A stretch of DNA of 64,000 bases from Octopus sinensis. Taxonomy: Eukaryota. The DNA is taken from positions 163,432,001 to 163,496,000 of the forward strand of contig NC_042998.1 of assembly GCF_006345805.1 (NCBI RefSeq), given 5' to 3'. A program made the position numbers and the translations under genes. This document shows positions 1 to 12,992 of the stretch, one piece after another (within the stretch, counting starts at the first letter, position 1; each line of letters begins with the position of its first letter). Below the pieces are notes generated by a model that ran no database searches, was not told where the DNA came from, and worked only from the letters and a program-made list of their open reading frames with translations.

Positions 1-519
1 ATATATATATTTATATATACATACATATGTATATCTACATATATGTATGTAAAACAAGAGTTGGAAGGGTCAGTAGCAAATGATGTTCAAACAGCATAAG
101 TCTTCTGTCAACGAACTTTTCCATCCATCTCCCTTTGTATTTTTTTTTTATCAATAATTCTCCTTTACGTACATTTTATCAACTAATTTTATGTATTTTC
201 TTTCAACCACCCTTACTCTTTCTCTCATTATTCTCCTTTCGAAGTTCATTCATAGCTTTTACTTTGACCTCAGATTCTTGTTTATTTGTTTCTGTCTCCC
301 ACTCTTGTTTTCTTCTTCTGCCCCTTCATTCATTCTAAAGAAGTGCTGTCGCCAAAAGCTTGCTGTTTGATGATAAACCTACTCAGGCATTTATACGTCT
401 GCACTTTAGACTGAGGACATTTTATTACTGTTTGAAAAGCAACTCTTTTATTATTTGTGTGTATGGCAACGGAACGAGATAACTATTCTCTAAATATAGT
501 GAAGGAAACCATTCGGGCA

Positions 520-546
520 CAGTATACATATGTGTTGATATATATA

Positions 547-587
<41 letters not shown>

Positions 588-1000
588 ATATATTACATAC
601 ATGCCTATATCTGTGTGCGTGTCTATATATGTGTGTATGTGTGTATATATATGTATGTGTGTATATATATGTATGTATGTGTGGATATATATATGTATGT
701 ATATATATATGTATATATATGTGTGTGTGTATATATGTATATATATATATATGTGTGTATGTGTGTATATATATGTATATTTATATGTGTGTATATATGT
801 ATATTTATATGTGTGTATATATGTATATGCGTATGTATGTATATATATATATATATGTGTGTGTGTTTGCATACATATATTTGTATGCATATAGATAATA
901 CACGTACATGCTGCATGCACACATCTGTCTATCTATGACATATCTTTCTCTCTCTCTATATATATATATGTAGAGAGAGAGAGGGGGGGGAAATATGAAT
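520..1000. repeat. Compound (TA)n/(TG)n/(TATG)n microsatellite
   Basis: Alternating dinucleotide runs; they account for the Y/I/C/V/M-rich ORFs in the track. Confidence 0.95.
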
Positions 1001-1594
1001 GAATTTATATAGATATAAGTATGATTATGTGTACATATATAGATATATGCATGAATGTATATGTATGTATGCCTGTATGAATGTGTGTTGTGCACATTCA
1101 TAAGTGAATGTACACAAATGAAATAGGTAAATGAAATATATTCATTTATTCTGTTTACACACAGACACACACACTCCCTCCTTCCCTTTCTCTCTTTCTC
1201 TCTCTCTCTCTCCCCTATATGTTTCCATAAAATATTGTGTATGCCTGTTCATTATACATAGTTAGCATGTGTCAGTGAAATTGTGTACGTTAGTGTATAT
1301 GAGTATACATACCTCATCTCTTCCCTCACACTGACACAAAGAGGGCTACAAATTTCGAGATAAATACTTGTCTCCGTCAATTACTTCGACAAGATGGAGG
1401 GAAGTGAGAAACACTTGCGTAGAGAAGCCTTATCATCGACATGTATCTAATTAGGTACCGTTATAAAACAGTTATATAGGCTGAGTGAATGGCTGTGTAA
1501 GATAACGTTGTGTGTGTGTGTATGTGACATGGGGAGAAAGCTGGCAAGGCATTTGACGTTTGTAACCTTAAGCTCTTTTCTTTCTTGCTTTCAG

Positions 1595-1635
1595 ATTTTC
1601 TTCTATCGATATTTCTTAAGATTTTTCAAATTTCA
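1595..1635 (+). CDS. Candidate short exon of an unidentified host gene (could be UTR)
   Basis: Acceptor ctcttttctttcttgctttcag and donor CA|gtaaat; phase 1-to-0 reading (D)FLLSIFLKIFQIS. No homology recognised. Confidence 0.2.
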
Positions 1636-2194
1636 GTAAATTAATTAAAGTTACCTCTAACACATACATGAATGGAAGGGAAGAGTTGTCTCATTTGCTA
1701 AGATTCTGGGGCAGAGTTTATGGAGTGAAAATAAAAACAAGAGCTCAAAGAAACTAATAATGGTCTATGTGTCAGCAAAAACTTATTTAGCTATGTTGGC
1801 AAATTTGGGTAAATTTGCTTGCTGTATGGAGGCAAATATTGTGACATTTCAATGAAACCCTTCTTTTTCCTTTTCTCTCAAATGAAAGTTTTTGGAAATT
1901 AAAGGATTTTTGTCTTCCCATAGCATACAATTATCTCAATGTTTACAAACTTTAAATTGTGAGCTGTGAGCTTCCTTTACAAATTCCCAAAGAATATTAT
2001 CTCAGCTCTTGAGAAGTATAGCCTATAGATTTAACGAGGAAAGGCCAGGTGTGGTTTAGACATCTCTGAAAAGTTTGCCCTCCCTGCTCCCTCATCCCTG
2101 ATATTTCTGTGATGAATACTCAGTTCAGTCTCAGTGATAGGCATTCAGTTGTTCAACCAAATATATATATACATATGAATAACAGCTCATACAG

Positions 2195-2371
2195 CTGTAT
2201 TTCCTCTGCCGCTACGTTCTGAGTTCAAATTCCGCCGAGGTTGACATTGCCTTTCATCCTTTCGGGGTTGATTAAATATGTACCAGTTATGCACTGGGGT
2301 CGATGTAATCGACTTAATCTCTTTGTTTGTCTCCTCTATGTTTAGTCCCTTGTGGGCAATGAAGAAATAAG
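2195..2371 (+). mobile_element. tRNA-type SINE, family B (gagctggcagaa...ttgcctttcatcctttcgggg...aaagaaataa), 5'-truncated
   Basis: Shares the core gttctgagttcaaattccgccgagg...ttgcctttcatcctttcgggg with many copies in this window. Confidence 0.85.
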
Positions 2372-2379
2372 TGTGCTAA

Positions 2380-3296
2380 GTGATATTGCTGTATTTACTT
2401 CACAAGTTGTGATCATGTGCATGCTGTAGTCTGCAATTTTGTCATGGACAAGAAGTTGGAACAAAAAAGCCAACGTTAAATTCTATATTAAACTTGGGAA
2501 GTCTGCTACAGAGACATTAAGTATGCTTCAGGTATGACCCTAAGATGAAGCAGCAGTCGTCACTATAGAAGAGCCCGTCATCTCCATGACTGAAGCTGGC
2601 ATGATAGTGCTGTAGCTCAGTCAAGAGCATGCTCATTGCTTTTGTTTTGACATCTGCAGTATTGTGCATCAAGAATTCATCCCCCAGGGCCAGACCATCA
2701 TTTGAGAGTTCTACTGTGGTGTTAGGTAAATAAATTATTTTTTATTAAACATAGCTAGTCCAGGTACCTTTAGATACCACTTCATGTATCCACCACAGAA
2801 ATATCGGGGATGAGGGAGCAGGGAGGGAAAACTTTTCAGGGATGTCTAAACCACACCTGGCCTTTCTTTGTCTACATCTATAAGCTATACTTCTCAAGAG
2901 CTGATATTTGGCGAAAGCAATCAGATCTGTGGAGCACGAAGAATTGAATTCTTCACCGAGCTCTCTTCACTCATGAGTTTCTTGCCGAAAGCATGGTGTC
3001 ACTTCCTTACCTGCCCTATTTACTAGATTTAGCAATGCAGACTTCCATCTCTACCCCAAGATGAAAATGCAGCTCAAAGGTTGCTGTTTTAACACCATTG
3101 TCAAGATCCAGAATGAATTGCAGAAGGTCTGTGACTCACAGAAAATTACTTCTAGGCTGGATTCCAAAAGTGATAGGACTGGTATATTGCTGTACAAGGT
3201 GACTTATTTGAAGGAGATGATGTTAAAACTTGGGTAAATAAGTTATTTTTTATTAAACATAACTAGTCCAGGGACCTTTAGATATCGCTTCATGTA
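2380..3296 (+). mobile_element. Decayed mariner-type transposon with an internal insertion
   Basis: Transposase remnants MDKKLEQ..KLGKSATETLSML, FDICSIVHQEFIPQGQT, DIWRK, ADFHLYPKMKMQLKG; right end ...ctagtccagggacctttagatatcgcttcatg followed by TA at 3295-3296. Confidence 0.85.
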
Positions 3297-3596
3297 AAAT
3301 TATGAGCTTCCCTCTATGATTAATCAAGCTTGTCCTGATGTTATAGCCAGGTTACAGGTGCAATGTAGCTGTAAACACTTGTGCAAGACTTTAACACTCT
3401 ATCTATTTATGCCAGGTAAATCTAACTCCAATTTCTTGATCAATGGCATGGATATGAAAACATAAAAATTATAAAATTATGAAAAATAACAAGAGAGCAG
3501 CAGATACAAAATTTCAGCCATACTTAAGCAGCCAATAGAAAAAAAGTCTGCTTATGGCTTTTCAAATTGATGGAGATTGTAACCAAATTCATTTAA

Positions 3597-3815
3597 CCCT
3601 TTAACATTTAAACCAGCCATATCTGAGCCAAGCATTCTATTTGTTTTATGTTCAGACTGGTCAAATCTGGCCTCCCATACATATCCTACAATGTCATTCT
3701 GAAAAATAACAATTGCATCATTGACTTCACAAAGCTATAAGACAATGCATGTGTAATTCAAAACAAATGAATAAATAAGTATAACATTTGACAGAGTAAT
3801 CTGAATGCTATAGGG
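3597..3815 (+). mobile_element. 219-bp TTAA-flanked MITE (piggyBac-type ends)
   Basis: TTAA|ccctttaacatt ... tgaatgctataggg|TTAA. Same-length copy at 7026-7244, further copy at 45470-45994, degenerate inverted copy near 5230-5390. Confidence 0.8.
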
Positions 3816-5429
3816 TTAAATTGCCTCCATTCATCTTAAAAAAAAAAAAAGGACACAGAATACAAAAAGTCCAGATAATTACAACTAGAATGACTTAGAT
3901 CATTGATCTGTTCACTCAGACCACTAAGGAAACTTCTGTATTTTTGCTTAATGTTCAAAAAATAAAAGGAAAATCACCTTCAAATCACTCCCAATCATCT
4001 TAAATGCGAATGTGAATTTGTTTTAAGAATAGGAACGAGACAATAAGTAAATCAAAAGGACAGAGATTAATAAAGATTAGAATTAAAAAGAAAAAAGCAT
4101 CTATCTTGACATGTCATAACTTGGTGACCTTGCAGAAAAGATATCTGTTGTTAAATATTCTTTTACTGGCTTTGGTTATTAGTGTGTGACCAAACTGTGG
4201 CAGCACATTCAATGATATATTGAATATGTCAGCCCTACGACTTGGCTGGTTATTTTCTTTAATGACTTTCAGAAGAGGAATGGCTGAGTTCTCTTGTATG
4301 AGACATAAACTTAGAACATGAAGTGACATCTTTTAAAAATAAGATGTATGTTGTGCGATATTCTACCACTTCTTCCACCCACTGCCTTATATATATATTA
4401 TCACATAAACACTATGTGTTACTATTAGTTTCATATGCTGAGAACAGGTCAAACATTGTTTAGTAACATGTCTGGCATCCCAGCACAATCATTAGACACT
4501 GCCCACATGGCATAACAAACAAAAGACGGGGCAAGAACAGTACACTGTGTGTGTGTGTGTATTGTTTTGGAATTTGGTTTGCAAGATTTTTCATGTGAGT
4601 TCATGTGTTGAAGCATGTGGGAGAGTCATGCTCTTTTAGTGCCTTATAATTTAACACTCTCACTGGTAAAATTTCCACTCATTTACTTATTTATTTTTCT
4701 AAAATGTTCATTGCATCTTGCAACCTTTATAATAGTTGTTGACTCTCTCCGTTATTTAAGCTGCGTTCTTTTTGTTTGTTTGTGCGTATGTGTGTGGGTC
4801 AGTGTGTGTGCACATATATGCATGCCTGTAAGTATGTGTATGCATGTGTGTGTGTATATGTGTATGTTTGTATGTATGTATGTATGTATGTATGTATTCT
4901 GCATATTTGTGTTTTATGTGTTCATGTTTGTGTGTTTGCATGTGTGTGTGTGTGTGCATGTCTGAGTGTGTCTGTCTCTGCGCGTGTGTATAGGTTTTTG
5001 TGACTATGTACTGTGTATGGATGTGCATCTCCTTATGTGTGTGTGTGTGTGTTTCTCCATATGTGTCCTTGTGAGAAGTGTGTATATGGTCATGTGTTTT
5101 GAGTCTTCATTTGCATATGTGTGTATGTGTGCTCGTCTGTTCTCATCCCCATCTCTCCCCTTCAACTAATCATGTGGAAGCATTACAAACAGGCTAAGTA
5201 ATGGAGGAACAGAATTATTATAAGATTGAATTAATCGTGCATTATCTTGTAGCTTCAAGATTTCAATACTGTGTTTGTTTATTATTAAGATGACATTGTA
5301 GGATAGGTGTGAAAGGCTGAATCTGACTGGTTTGAATATAAAACAGCTACAATATTTAAGCCCGGTATGACCAATTTAAATGCTAAAAAGCTAAGTTGTT
5401 TTGAGTGGCAGTAATGATAAACCATTTTT

Positions 5430-5960
5430 GTGTATGGATGAAGACAGTTGCTTAAAAAAGTACCGATCTCTAACTGTGGAGGGAACCTGTGGAAGAGGTA
5501 GACTCAGGAAGATGTGAGATGAAGTGGTGAAATATGATCTTTAGATGTTGAGTCTCACTGAGGCAATGACAACTGACTGAGACTTTAGAAGATTTTTCTG
5601 TGCTTGAGCAGACACAACAAGCTAAGTGAAATTGTAATTATGGCCAGTGTCAGTGACATGTAAAAGGCACCTGTGCCAGTGACACATAAAAGGCACCCTT
5701 GCTGCTGACATGCAATAGGCACCTGTACTGGTGACACTTAAAGGGCACCTGTGCTGCTGACACCTAGAGGGCACCTGTGCCAGTGACATGTAGAAGACAC
5801 CCAGTACACTCTGTGGAGTGGTTGGTGTTAGGAAGGGCATCCGACCATAGAAACCAAGCCAGAACAGATGGTTGGAACCTGGTTCAGCTTACCAGTTCCA
5901 GTCAAACCATCTAACCCATGCCAGCATAGAAAACAGACACTAAACGATGATGATAATGTA
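5430..5960 (+). mobile_element. 3' fragment of an older RTE LINE (ORF2 C-terminus plus 3' UTR)
   Basis: SLTVEGTCGRGRLRK matches the C-terminus of the large RTE (AVEGTCGRGRPRRTW). Followed by ~21-bp repeats (gtgacatgtaaaaggcacc), the ggaagggcatcc core and a (gat)n tail. Confidence 0.8.
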
Positions 5961-6429
5961 TATTTAGGCTACATTATGTAACGTACAGTGCATTTGTTAA
6001 GGTAGATCATTGTAAATCTGGGTGAGGCTTGGCTGCTGCCATTTTTAGCAGGTTGACAAACCAGCTTCCTCATTGGTTTGTTGCTTGTTAGACAAGTCAT
6101 CCAATGATCATAAGGGTTCCAACTATTACCATCCTATCTATGTGTAGCATACAGGAAACCTAGAGCTGAAGATCCATCCTAGCTTATATATTTTTTTAAG
6201 ATGGCCATGTGTGTATGTGAGGGAGATTTGTCTATTTTTAGTAGGTCAGCATCGGTTTACTTTTATTATCATTGTGGGTGGATTGGAGCATCTTCATGTA
6301 ACTTAGGTTAAATGCTTGTAGAGAGGAAAAAGAGAGAGGGTTGAGAATAGTAATTATACAAGTTCTTGTGAAATTTTATAAATAACCACTGTGGGCATTT
6401 AAGCTAAAGTATGTGTGTGCATGTTTGTC

Positions 6430-6460
<31 letters not shown>

Positions 6461-6565
6461 TGAGAGAGAGCGGGGTATCATATTCAGTTTTTTTATTATT
6501 TTGTGAGTCGTCTGATATACAAAATATTCTAACAGCATACAAAGGGCACAGAGTAAAATAATGGA

Positions 6566-6604
<39 letters not shown>

Positions 6605-7025
6605 GTATATGTATGTGTGTACATATGTATATGTATATGTACATGTTTATGGATATATGTGTGTAGATATCTATATTTACAAGTGTATGTATGTGTGTGT
6701 GTGTGTGTGTTTTAACAGGCTATAATGTCTCTACTTCAAAGAAATCATTCCAGTTTCAACAGACAGTCTCTGATCAAAGTCACTTGCTAAACAAGTACAA
6801 CCCTACAATTTATAAAATCTTCCAATTGAGATCTTGTAAGAATGAGGCTTATTGGATGGAATAAAATGGATTGAATTAGAAAGGGATACTATAGCGCTAT
6901 ACATGTGATCATAATGATGACTTCCAAAGAAGAAATTGCTTTCTTGGAATTTGCCCTTAGGTGCTCTTAGTGGAGTTAATTCTGTTGCATAGGGTACAAT
7001 GGTCTTAAACCATCACTTGGTTTAA

Positions 7026-7244
7026 CCCTTTAGCATTTAAACCAGACATATCCAACTCAAATGTTCTTCCTGTTTTATGTTTGAACTAGCCATATCTGTC
7101 CTCTTACACCTTCCCTACATTGTCACTCCAAAAGTAGAGAGTCACATCATTGAGATCCCAAAGCTACAAGACAATGCATGATTAATTAAAAAAACGTAAA
7201 TATATAAGCGTTACATTTGACAGAGTGACCTGAATACTAAAGGG
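7026..7244 (+). mobile_element. 219-bp TTAA MITE, second copy
   Basis: ttaa|ccctttagcattt ... tgaatactaaaggg|ttac; colinear with 3597-3815. Confidence 0.8.
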
Positions 7245-7667
7245 TTACCTTCTCCACTTGGCCTTTGAAGGCCTTTTACCTTACTGGTACCAATCCACCT
7301 GAGACCAACCTTTGTTACATGATATAAACTTCTTGTTTTAAAGTCATTTAAATTAAAACCTTCCATCAAAATCCCATGTTAATTTATGTTCCAAACACCA
7401 GCTTAATAATGACTGTGTTATTCTTCTCACTTTTTCACTGTGCAGCATCTTGGGAAAGTGTCTTCTACTATGGCTCCAGGCTGACCAGTGCCCTATGAGT
7501 GAAGTTTGTCATGTCTGTATATATGTATGCATGTGCTTGAGTTTATCCCAACACCACCACTTGGCAACTGGTATTGGATTATATCTCCATAACCTAGCAG
7601 TTCAGCAAAGAGACTGATAGAATAAGTGCCAGACTTTTAAAAAAAATGGTAAAAAAAATTGGGTAAA

Positions 7668-8000
7668 GATCCCCTTCAGTCATGAACGACCATAGGATTG
7701 CCCCTAGAAAGTTACCCTTCAAGGCACAAGTCCAGGCAAGGTTGCTTATGAAAGACCAGCAGTCACCCATGCATACCAGCCTCCCCTCTTCACACCACCA
7801 ATGTTATCCAAGGGAAAAGCAAAGGCTGATACAGCTTGGCTCCAGTAATGTTGCAATTCGTTTCTACAGCTGAGTAAATTTGAGCAATGTGAAATAAAGT
7901 GACTTGCTCAAGAACACAACACATGACCTGGTCTGGGAATCAAACTCACTACTTCATGCTTGTGAGTCCGTTGCTCTAACCACTGATCCATGTGACTTCA
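7668..8000 (-). mobile_element. tRNA-headed SINE with a head related to family C but a different body
   Basis: Minus-strand head ggatcagtggttagagcaacggactcac...gagtttgattcccagacc contains A- and B-box-like motifs. Confidence 0.65.
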
Positions 8001-9764
8001 TTTAAAAATAAGTACTGGGGTTGATTTGTTCAACTAATTGTTGATAGCAGTGCTCCAGCATGGCCACAGTCCAATGACTGAAACAAGTAAAAAAATCAAA
8101 GATAGATACAATATATTTCAGTAAAAATGCTGTCATAAACAGGTTCATTCTGTTGCAAGAATTTAGATTAGCACTCTGATCTAAAGTCTCTTCTTTACTT
8201 CTAGAATCAAAGCCCCTATCCCTCCCTCATATGATTAAGCCATCAAAAAACAAGCTTGATTATTAATGCTGTTCTCTCCCCCACCACCCCACTGCATTCT
8301 CCATCTCTGGCGAACAAGTGTTAGTCTTCTTGTTGCTGTAGGTTTCAGTTAGCGGTATCCTTTACAAGACATCATTTCTAATATCTGTCATATGCTATTG
8401 GATCTATATCAATGATAAGGATTTTGTTTTATCTTTTTTTTTTGCATTTCCATCCATCATTGAGCCAGATGTTTGCTGTTATATATTCTTTAGCTCAAAT
8501 TCCTACAAGGACAACCTTGCCTTTCATTCTTTTGGGGACAGCAAAGTAAGTATCAGTAGAACACTAGGGTTGATGTAATTGACTTTCCTGCCTACCAAAT
8601 TTCAGGTCAATGTAATTGACTTAATCCCATTGTCCTTGTTTCTCCCCTCTATGTTTAGCCCCCTGTGGGCAATAAAGAAATAATAATTATATTACAGTAG
8701 CAATATCAGTAATGAAGTGTCAGAATCGTCACCATGCCGAACAAAATGCTTAGTGACATTTCGTACATCTTTATGATCTGAGTTGAAATTCCACCAAGGT
8801 TGACTTTGCCCTTCATCCTTTCGAAGTCAGTAAAATAAGTACCAGTTGGACACCAGGGTTGATGTAATCGATTTACCCCCATACCTGAAACTGCTGGCCT
8901 CGTGGCAAAATTTGAAACCAGTATTAAAGTAATGAATTGAATTGAGTTGTCAGGGCATTCAACAAAATACCTAGCAGTTTTTACCCAAATCCTTATGAGA
9001 TCTACTTTCCCATTCTTTCTTCTGGGTTCATAAGATAGGTTTTAGATAAGTATTGGGGTTAATGAAGATCTGTGTATGTTCAGAGTTCAAATCCTGCTGG
9101 ATTACTTTCCACTGCTCTAGGGCCGATAAAATAAAGTACCGGTCAAGTATAGTGTTAAAATCAGTATAACTGACCTTATGTTTTTCCCACAAAAATTGTG
9201 ACCATTTGCATATGTTAGAAATTATTATATTTTTTATACAGAAGAGAATGAACTAACACAACTAGCAGAGTACTTTACATCTACCTGTTGTATTTAGTTA
9301 TGTCTCTTTCTGTTCTTAGTTAAAATCCCATCAAGATCCACTTCAAATTCACTCATTATGAGGTTGATAAAAAGAAGCACCAGTTTAGTACTGAAGTAAT
9401 ATTTGATATAACTGATGATAGGCTTGTTTTAAAACTTGTCACCTAAGAAATTACTATTATATTTCTCACCAGAAAGCAGTGATTGGTGTAATCAGAGCAA
9501 AACCTTGAGAGATTATAAAATGTAAGTTAGTGGCCAAACCAAAAATATTCCATCAAAATATAAGCACAAATGTTCTAGTACAATATATCATGATAATACA
9601 TATCAATCACTTTTCTTTCCAGTGACAACAGAAAGTTTCTTTTACTAAAATGTTGTTTAGCTTGAGGTCAGTTTTGATTGAGGAGACCAGTGTTCATAGA
9701 TGTTCTGTGACCATTTTATCATTTTTTTTCAGACATAATATACTTAGCTCTACCTAAGCTAATG

Positions 9765-10157
9765 GTTGATGGAAGCACTCCGTCGGTTACGACGATGAGG
9801 GTTCCGGTTGATCCGAATCAACGGAACAGCCTGCTTGTGAAATTAACGTGTAAGTGGCTGAGCACTCCACAGACACGTGCACCCTTAACGTAGTTCTCGG
9901 GGATATTCAGCGTGACACAGAGTGACAAGGCCGGCCCCTTGAAATACAGGTACAACAGAAACAGGAAGTAAGAGTGAGAGAAAGTTGTGGTGAAAGAGTA
10001 CAGCAGGGATCACCACCATCCCCTGCCGGAGCCTCGTGGAGCTGTTTTAGGTGTTTTCACTCAATAAACACTCACAACGCCCGGTCTGGGAATCAAAACC
10101 GTGATCCTATGACCGCGAGTCCACTGCCCTAACCACTGGGCCATTGCACCTCCACTA
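9765..10157 (-). mobile_element. Full-length tRNA-derived SINE, family C (tail type 1), with 13-bp TSD
   Basis: Head gtggaggtgcaatggcccagtggttagggcagtggactcgcgg...ggttttgattcccagacc; TSD acctaagctaatg at 9752-9764 and 10158-10170. Confidence 0.9.
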
Positions 10158-10598
10158 ACCTAAGCTAATGTCACCTTTTCTAAAAGTATACAGCATTATT
10201 TGAGTGCAATTTGTTTGGTATTTCAAGTGGTTTGAGTTTCAATTTTTTTTCTTTTTAATATCCTCTTTTCTTGCATGAGTCAAACGGAATTTGTTTAGAC
10301 AGATTTCCTATGGCCAGATGCCTTTTTCCTGTAACCAAATGCATCTGTTTGCAAGTGAAGTAATATTTCCCATTGGTTGGACATGTTTTCCACAGAAGAT
10401 TAGAAACAATGAATATTGCTTGCTTGATGATCACGCTTGTCTTTACATTGTTTTAGCCTTCAAATGATGCCATCCCACTGGGTAGACAAATGCATATATT
10501 TGTATGCATGTATGTATGTGTGCATATCTATTCGTATCTCCTTATCTTGACATCATATGATTGTTGTAGATAGACAAGTGTGAACATCATAATATATC

Positions 10599-10636
<38 letters not shown>

Positions 10637-11084
10637 GAGTTTCTTTTAGTTTCCATCTACCAAATCCACTCACAAGACAGTGACAGGCTGGGGCTATAAA
10701 AGACACTGAAGGTAATATGTAGTGGAAAAGAACCCAGAACCAAGTGGTTGGAAAGCAAACTCCTCAACCACATGGCTATGCCTGCTACTGTTAAGTGACC
10801 ACAAAAAAGCAACCCTTGTTGGGGTGCTTATTTACCAATGTGTAGTTCAGCTCTGTTAAATATCCTCCTTCATAAATGTATGAAGATAACTTTCAGTTAT
10901 GTTATAATAAATTACCAAAGCCTTGTGAGAGGATTTGGAAGACTGAAGTTGAAAGAAACCCATTGTGTGTGTGTGTGTGTGTGACCAACACTTGACAACT
11001 TGTGTTTGTTTGTTTACACCTCCATAACTTAGCAGGTTGGCATAAAGTGACTGATGTAATAAGTACCAGGCTTAAAGAAAAACT

Positions 11085-11296
11085 AAAAAGCTCCATGAGG
11101 CTCCGGCAGGGGGTGGTGGCAGTCCCTGCTGTACTCTTTTGCCCCAAATTTCTGTCACTCTTTCTTCCTGTTTCTTGAGTAACGCTGCAATGGACTAGCG
11201 TCCCGTTCAGCTGGGGGGAACTCATATGCCACAGAAACCGGGAGACTCGGCCCATGAGCCTGGCAAGGCTTGAAAAGGACGCATAAAAAAAAAAAA
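11085..11296 (+). mobile_element. SINE family C (tail type 2), headless
   Basis: Core gaggctccggcagggggtggtggc...ccctgctgtactct and tail match 61014-61316; ends in an A-run. Confidence 0.8.
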
Positions 11297-11394
11297 TACC
11301 ATGGTTCACTTATCACAGTTTATTGTTTATTCTTACATTGACTCCTCCATGGTGTTGTTTTGCACTTATAATAAAATATATACAAATTATAACA

Positions 11395-11505
11395 ATAATA
11401 AAAAAGAAATGCAGTACAATACTGTTTCTACTTCGTGGATTTTCACCTATCGCGGGGGGTTGGGGGGGGAACGTAACACCCACAATAGTCGAGGGATTAT
11501 TATAT
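11395..11505. mobile_element. Terminal fragment of a pogo/Tigger-like MITE
   Basis: cgtggattttcacctatcgcgggggg...ggaacgtaacacccacaatagtcgagggattattata resembles this class of MITE end (recognised from memory). Confidence 0.45.
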
Positions 11506-11989
11506 ATGTATTTTTGTGTTTGTGTCAGTGATTTTGTATTTTCTCTGTGTGTTTATTGACTAGACAAAGCAAAAGAGCATCACTGTCAATACAGACAGTG
11601 TTATATGCTTCTGTATAATGGTACAATGGGCTACTTGACATGTTGTGCTCTCTTTTTAAGCAGAAAAGGCTCTTTATAACTGTGTCTGGGCTGTTCATTG
11701 CTTGATAGTCTGGAGGATTATTGCCATGCTTGGAAATAGGTGAGGGTTGGTGAGAGGAAAAGTGTTTTGGTGTAGAAAAAAATCTGTCTTACTGAATTTT
11801 GTATGGAAAAGTGGACTCTAAAATATTGATGATGGGGAAAAGATGCAGAGGCTCTTGTCATTGATGTTGTTTAGCCAATGGTCATTCAACCCTGATTGAG
11901 ACTTATGACCAAAGGTATGCCAGCAACAACGTTTTAATGGTACATAGGACTATGTTATCTTTGTCTTTTTTTTATTTAATATGGTGACA

Positions 11990-12230
11990 TGTAAAAAGTA
12001 CCGATGACACATAAAATGCACTGGTGCTGGTGTCACATAAAAAGCATTAGTACTGGTGACATAAAAAGCGCTAAGTACACCCTGTGAAGTAGTTAGCATT
12101 AGAAAGGGCATCTAACCATAGAAACCTAGCCAAACACTTGGTGCAGCCTTGGTCTTGCCAGCTCCTGTCAAGCTCTCCAACCCATGCCGGCATGGAAAAT
12201 GGGTGTTAAATATTGCTGATGATGATGATG
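11990..12230 (+). mobile_element. RTE 3'-tail copy
   Basis: gtgacatgtaaaaag repeats, agaaagggcatc core, ccaacccatgccggcatggaaaa, (gat)n tail. Confidence 0.75.
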
Positions 12231-12505
12231 TAAGGAGATTTGGTTACTGTTTCTAGCTGGTTGGAAGGTCGCATTAAATACTTGCAGCATCATTGTCAAA
12301 TGTAGAAATAGTAGTGGCAATTGGAATCATTAACTGTCTTTTTTTCAAATTCCTTTTCTTTTCTTCCTTGTCCTCTACATGACTTATTATCTGCCATACA
12401 CCTTAAACATGCCAGAAGTGTTAATATTTCTGGCTGACTGTGTGTCTCAGATACCTGAAATTATTCTAATTGAGAAACTCTTCTCTGTCTCTCTTTCTCT
12501 CTCTT

Positions 12506-12548
<43 letters not shown>

Positions 12549-12685
12549 AAGAAAAAAAAAAGACAGTCATTTGGGAAATATTTTTAATATTTTTTATATT
12601 TATTTATTTAGGTTTCAGTGCTATGAAAACAACAAAACAAACATACATACATGCATTCACAGAGAGAGAGATTGACACACACACA

Positions 12686-12729
<44 letters not shown>

Positions 12730-12960
12730 TACACACATATACGCAAATGTTCTCAAGAAGTTACACAATTTTTTTTTTAAAGTGTGATTTAAAAAGTAAA
12801 TGAATTAAATAAAACAAGTTTCAGACCCATGGAACGGTGGCAAATCCTTTAATTAAGTTTGTAACCTGCTTAAATGAAGTGTTCCGTGAAAAACCAATTT
12901 ATTCCTAGACTAGATATATCGACACTGTTATTCTTCAGTAATTTCTTACTCTGTCTTCAG

Positions 12961-12992
12961 ATTTATTCTGTGACAATCTTTCAATCGATCTT
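12961..12992 (+). CDS. Candidate exon of an unidentified host gene
   Basis: Acceptor atttcttactctgtcttcag and donor TT|gtgagt; phase 1-to-0 reading (D)LFCDNLSIDL. Confidence 0.35.

Noticed and set aside
457-1170. Long ORFs rich in Y/I/C/V/M/H/T (also 4615-5169, 35069-35602, 50363-50861, 59720-60930)
   Set aside because: Translations of TA/TG microsatellites, which lack stop codons by construction.
4114-4329. 71-aa minus-strand ORF as a coding exon
   Set aside because: Protein-like composition but no convincing donor (AG|gtcacc) and no recognisable homology; left uncalled.
11680-11760. Plus-strand exon with an AG|gtgagg donor
   Set aside because: The donor and last codons belong to a common repeat (reverse complement of ccaaccctcacctgtttcc, seen at 19790-19810).
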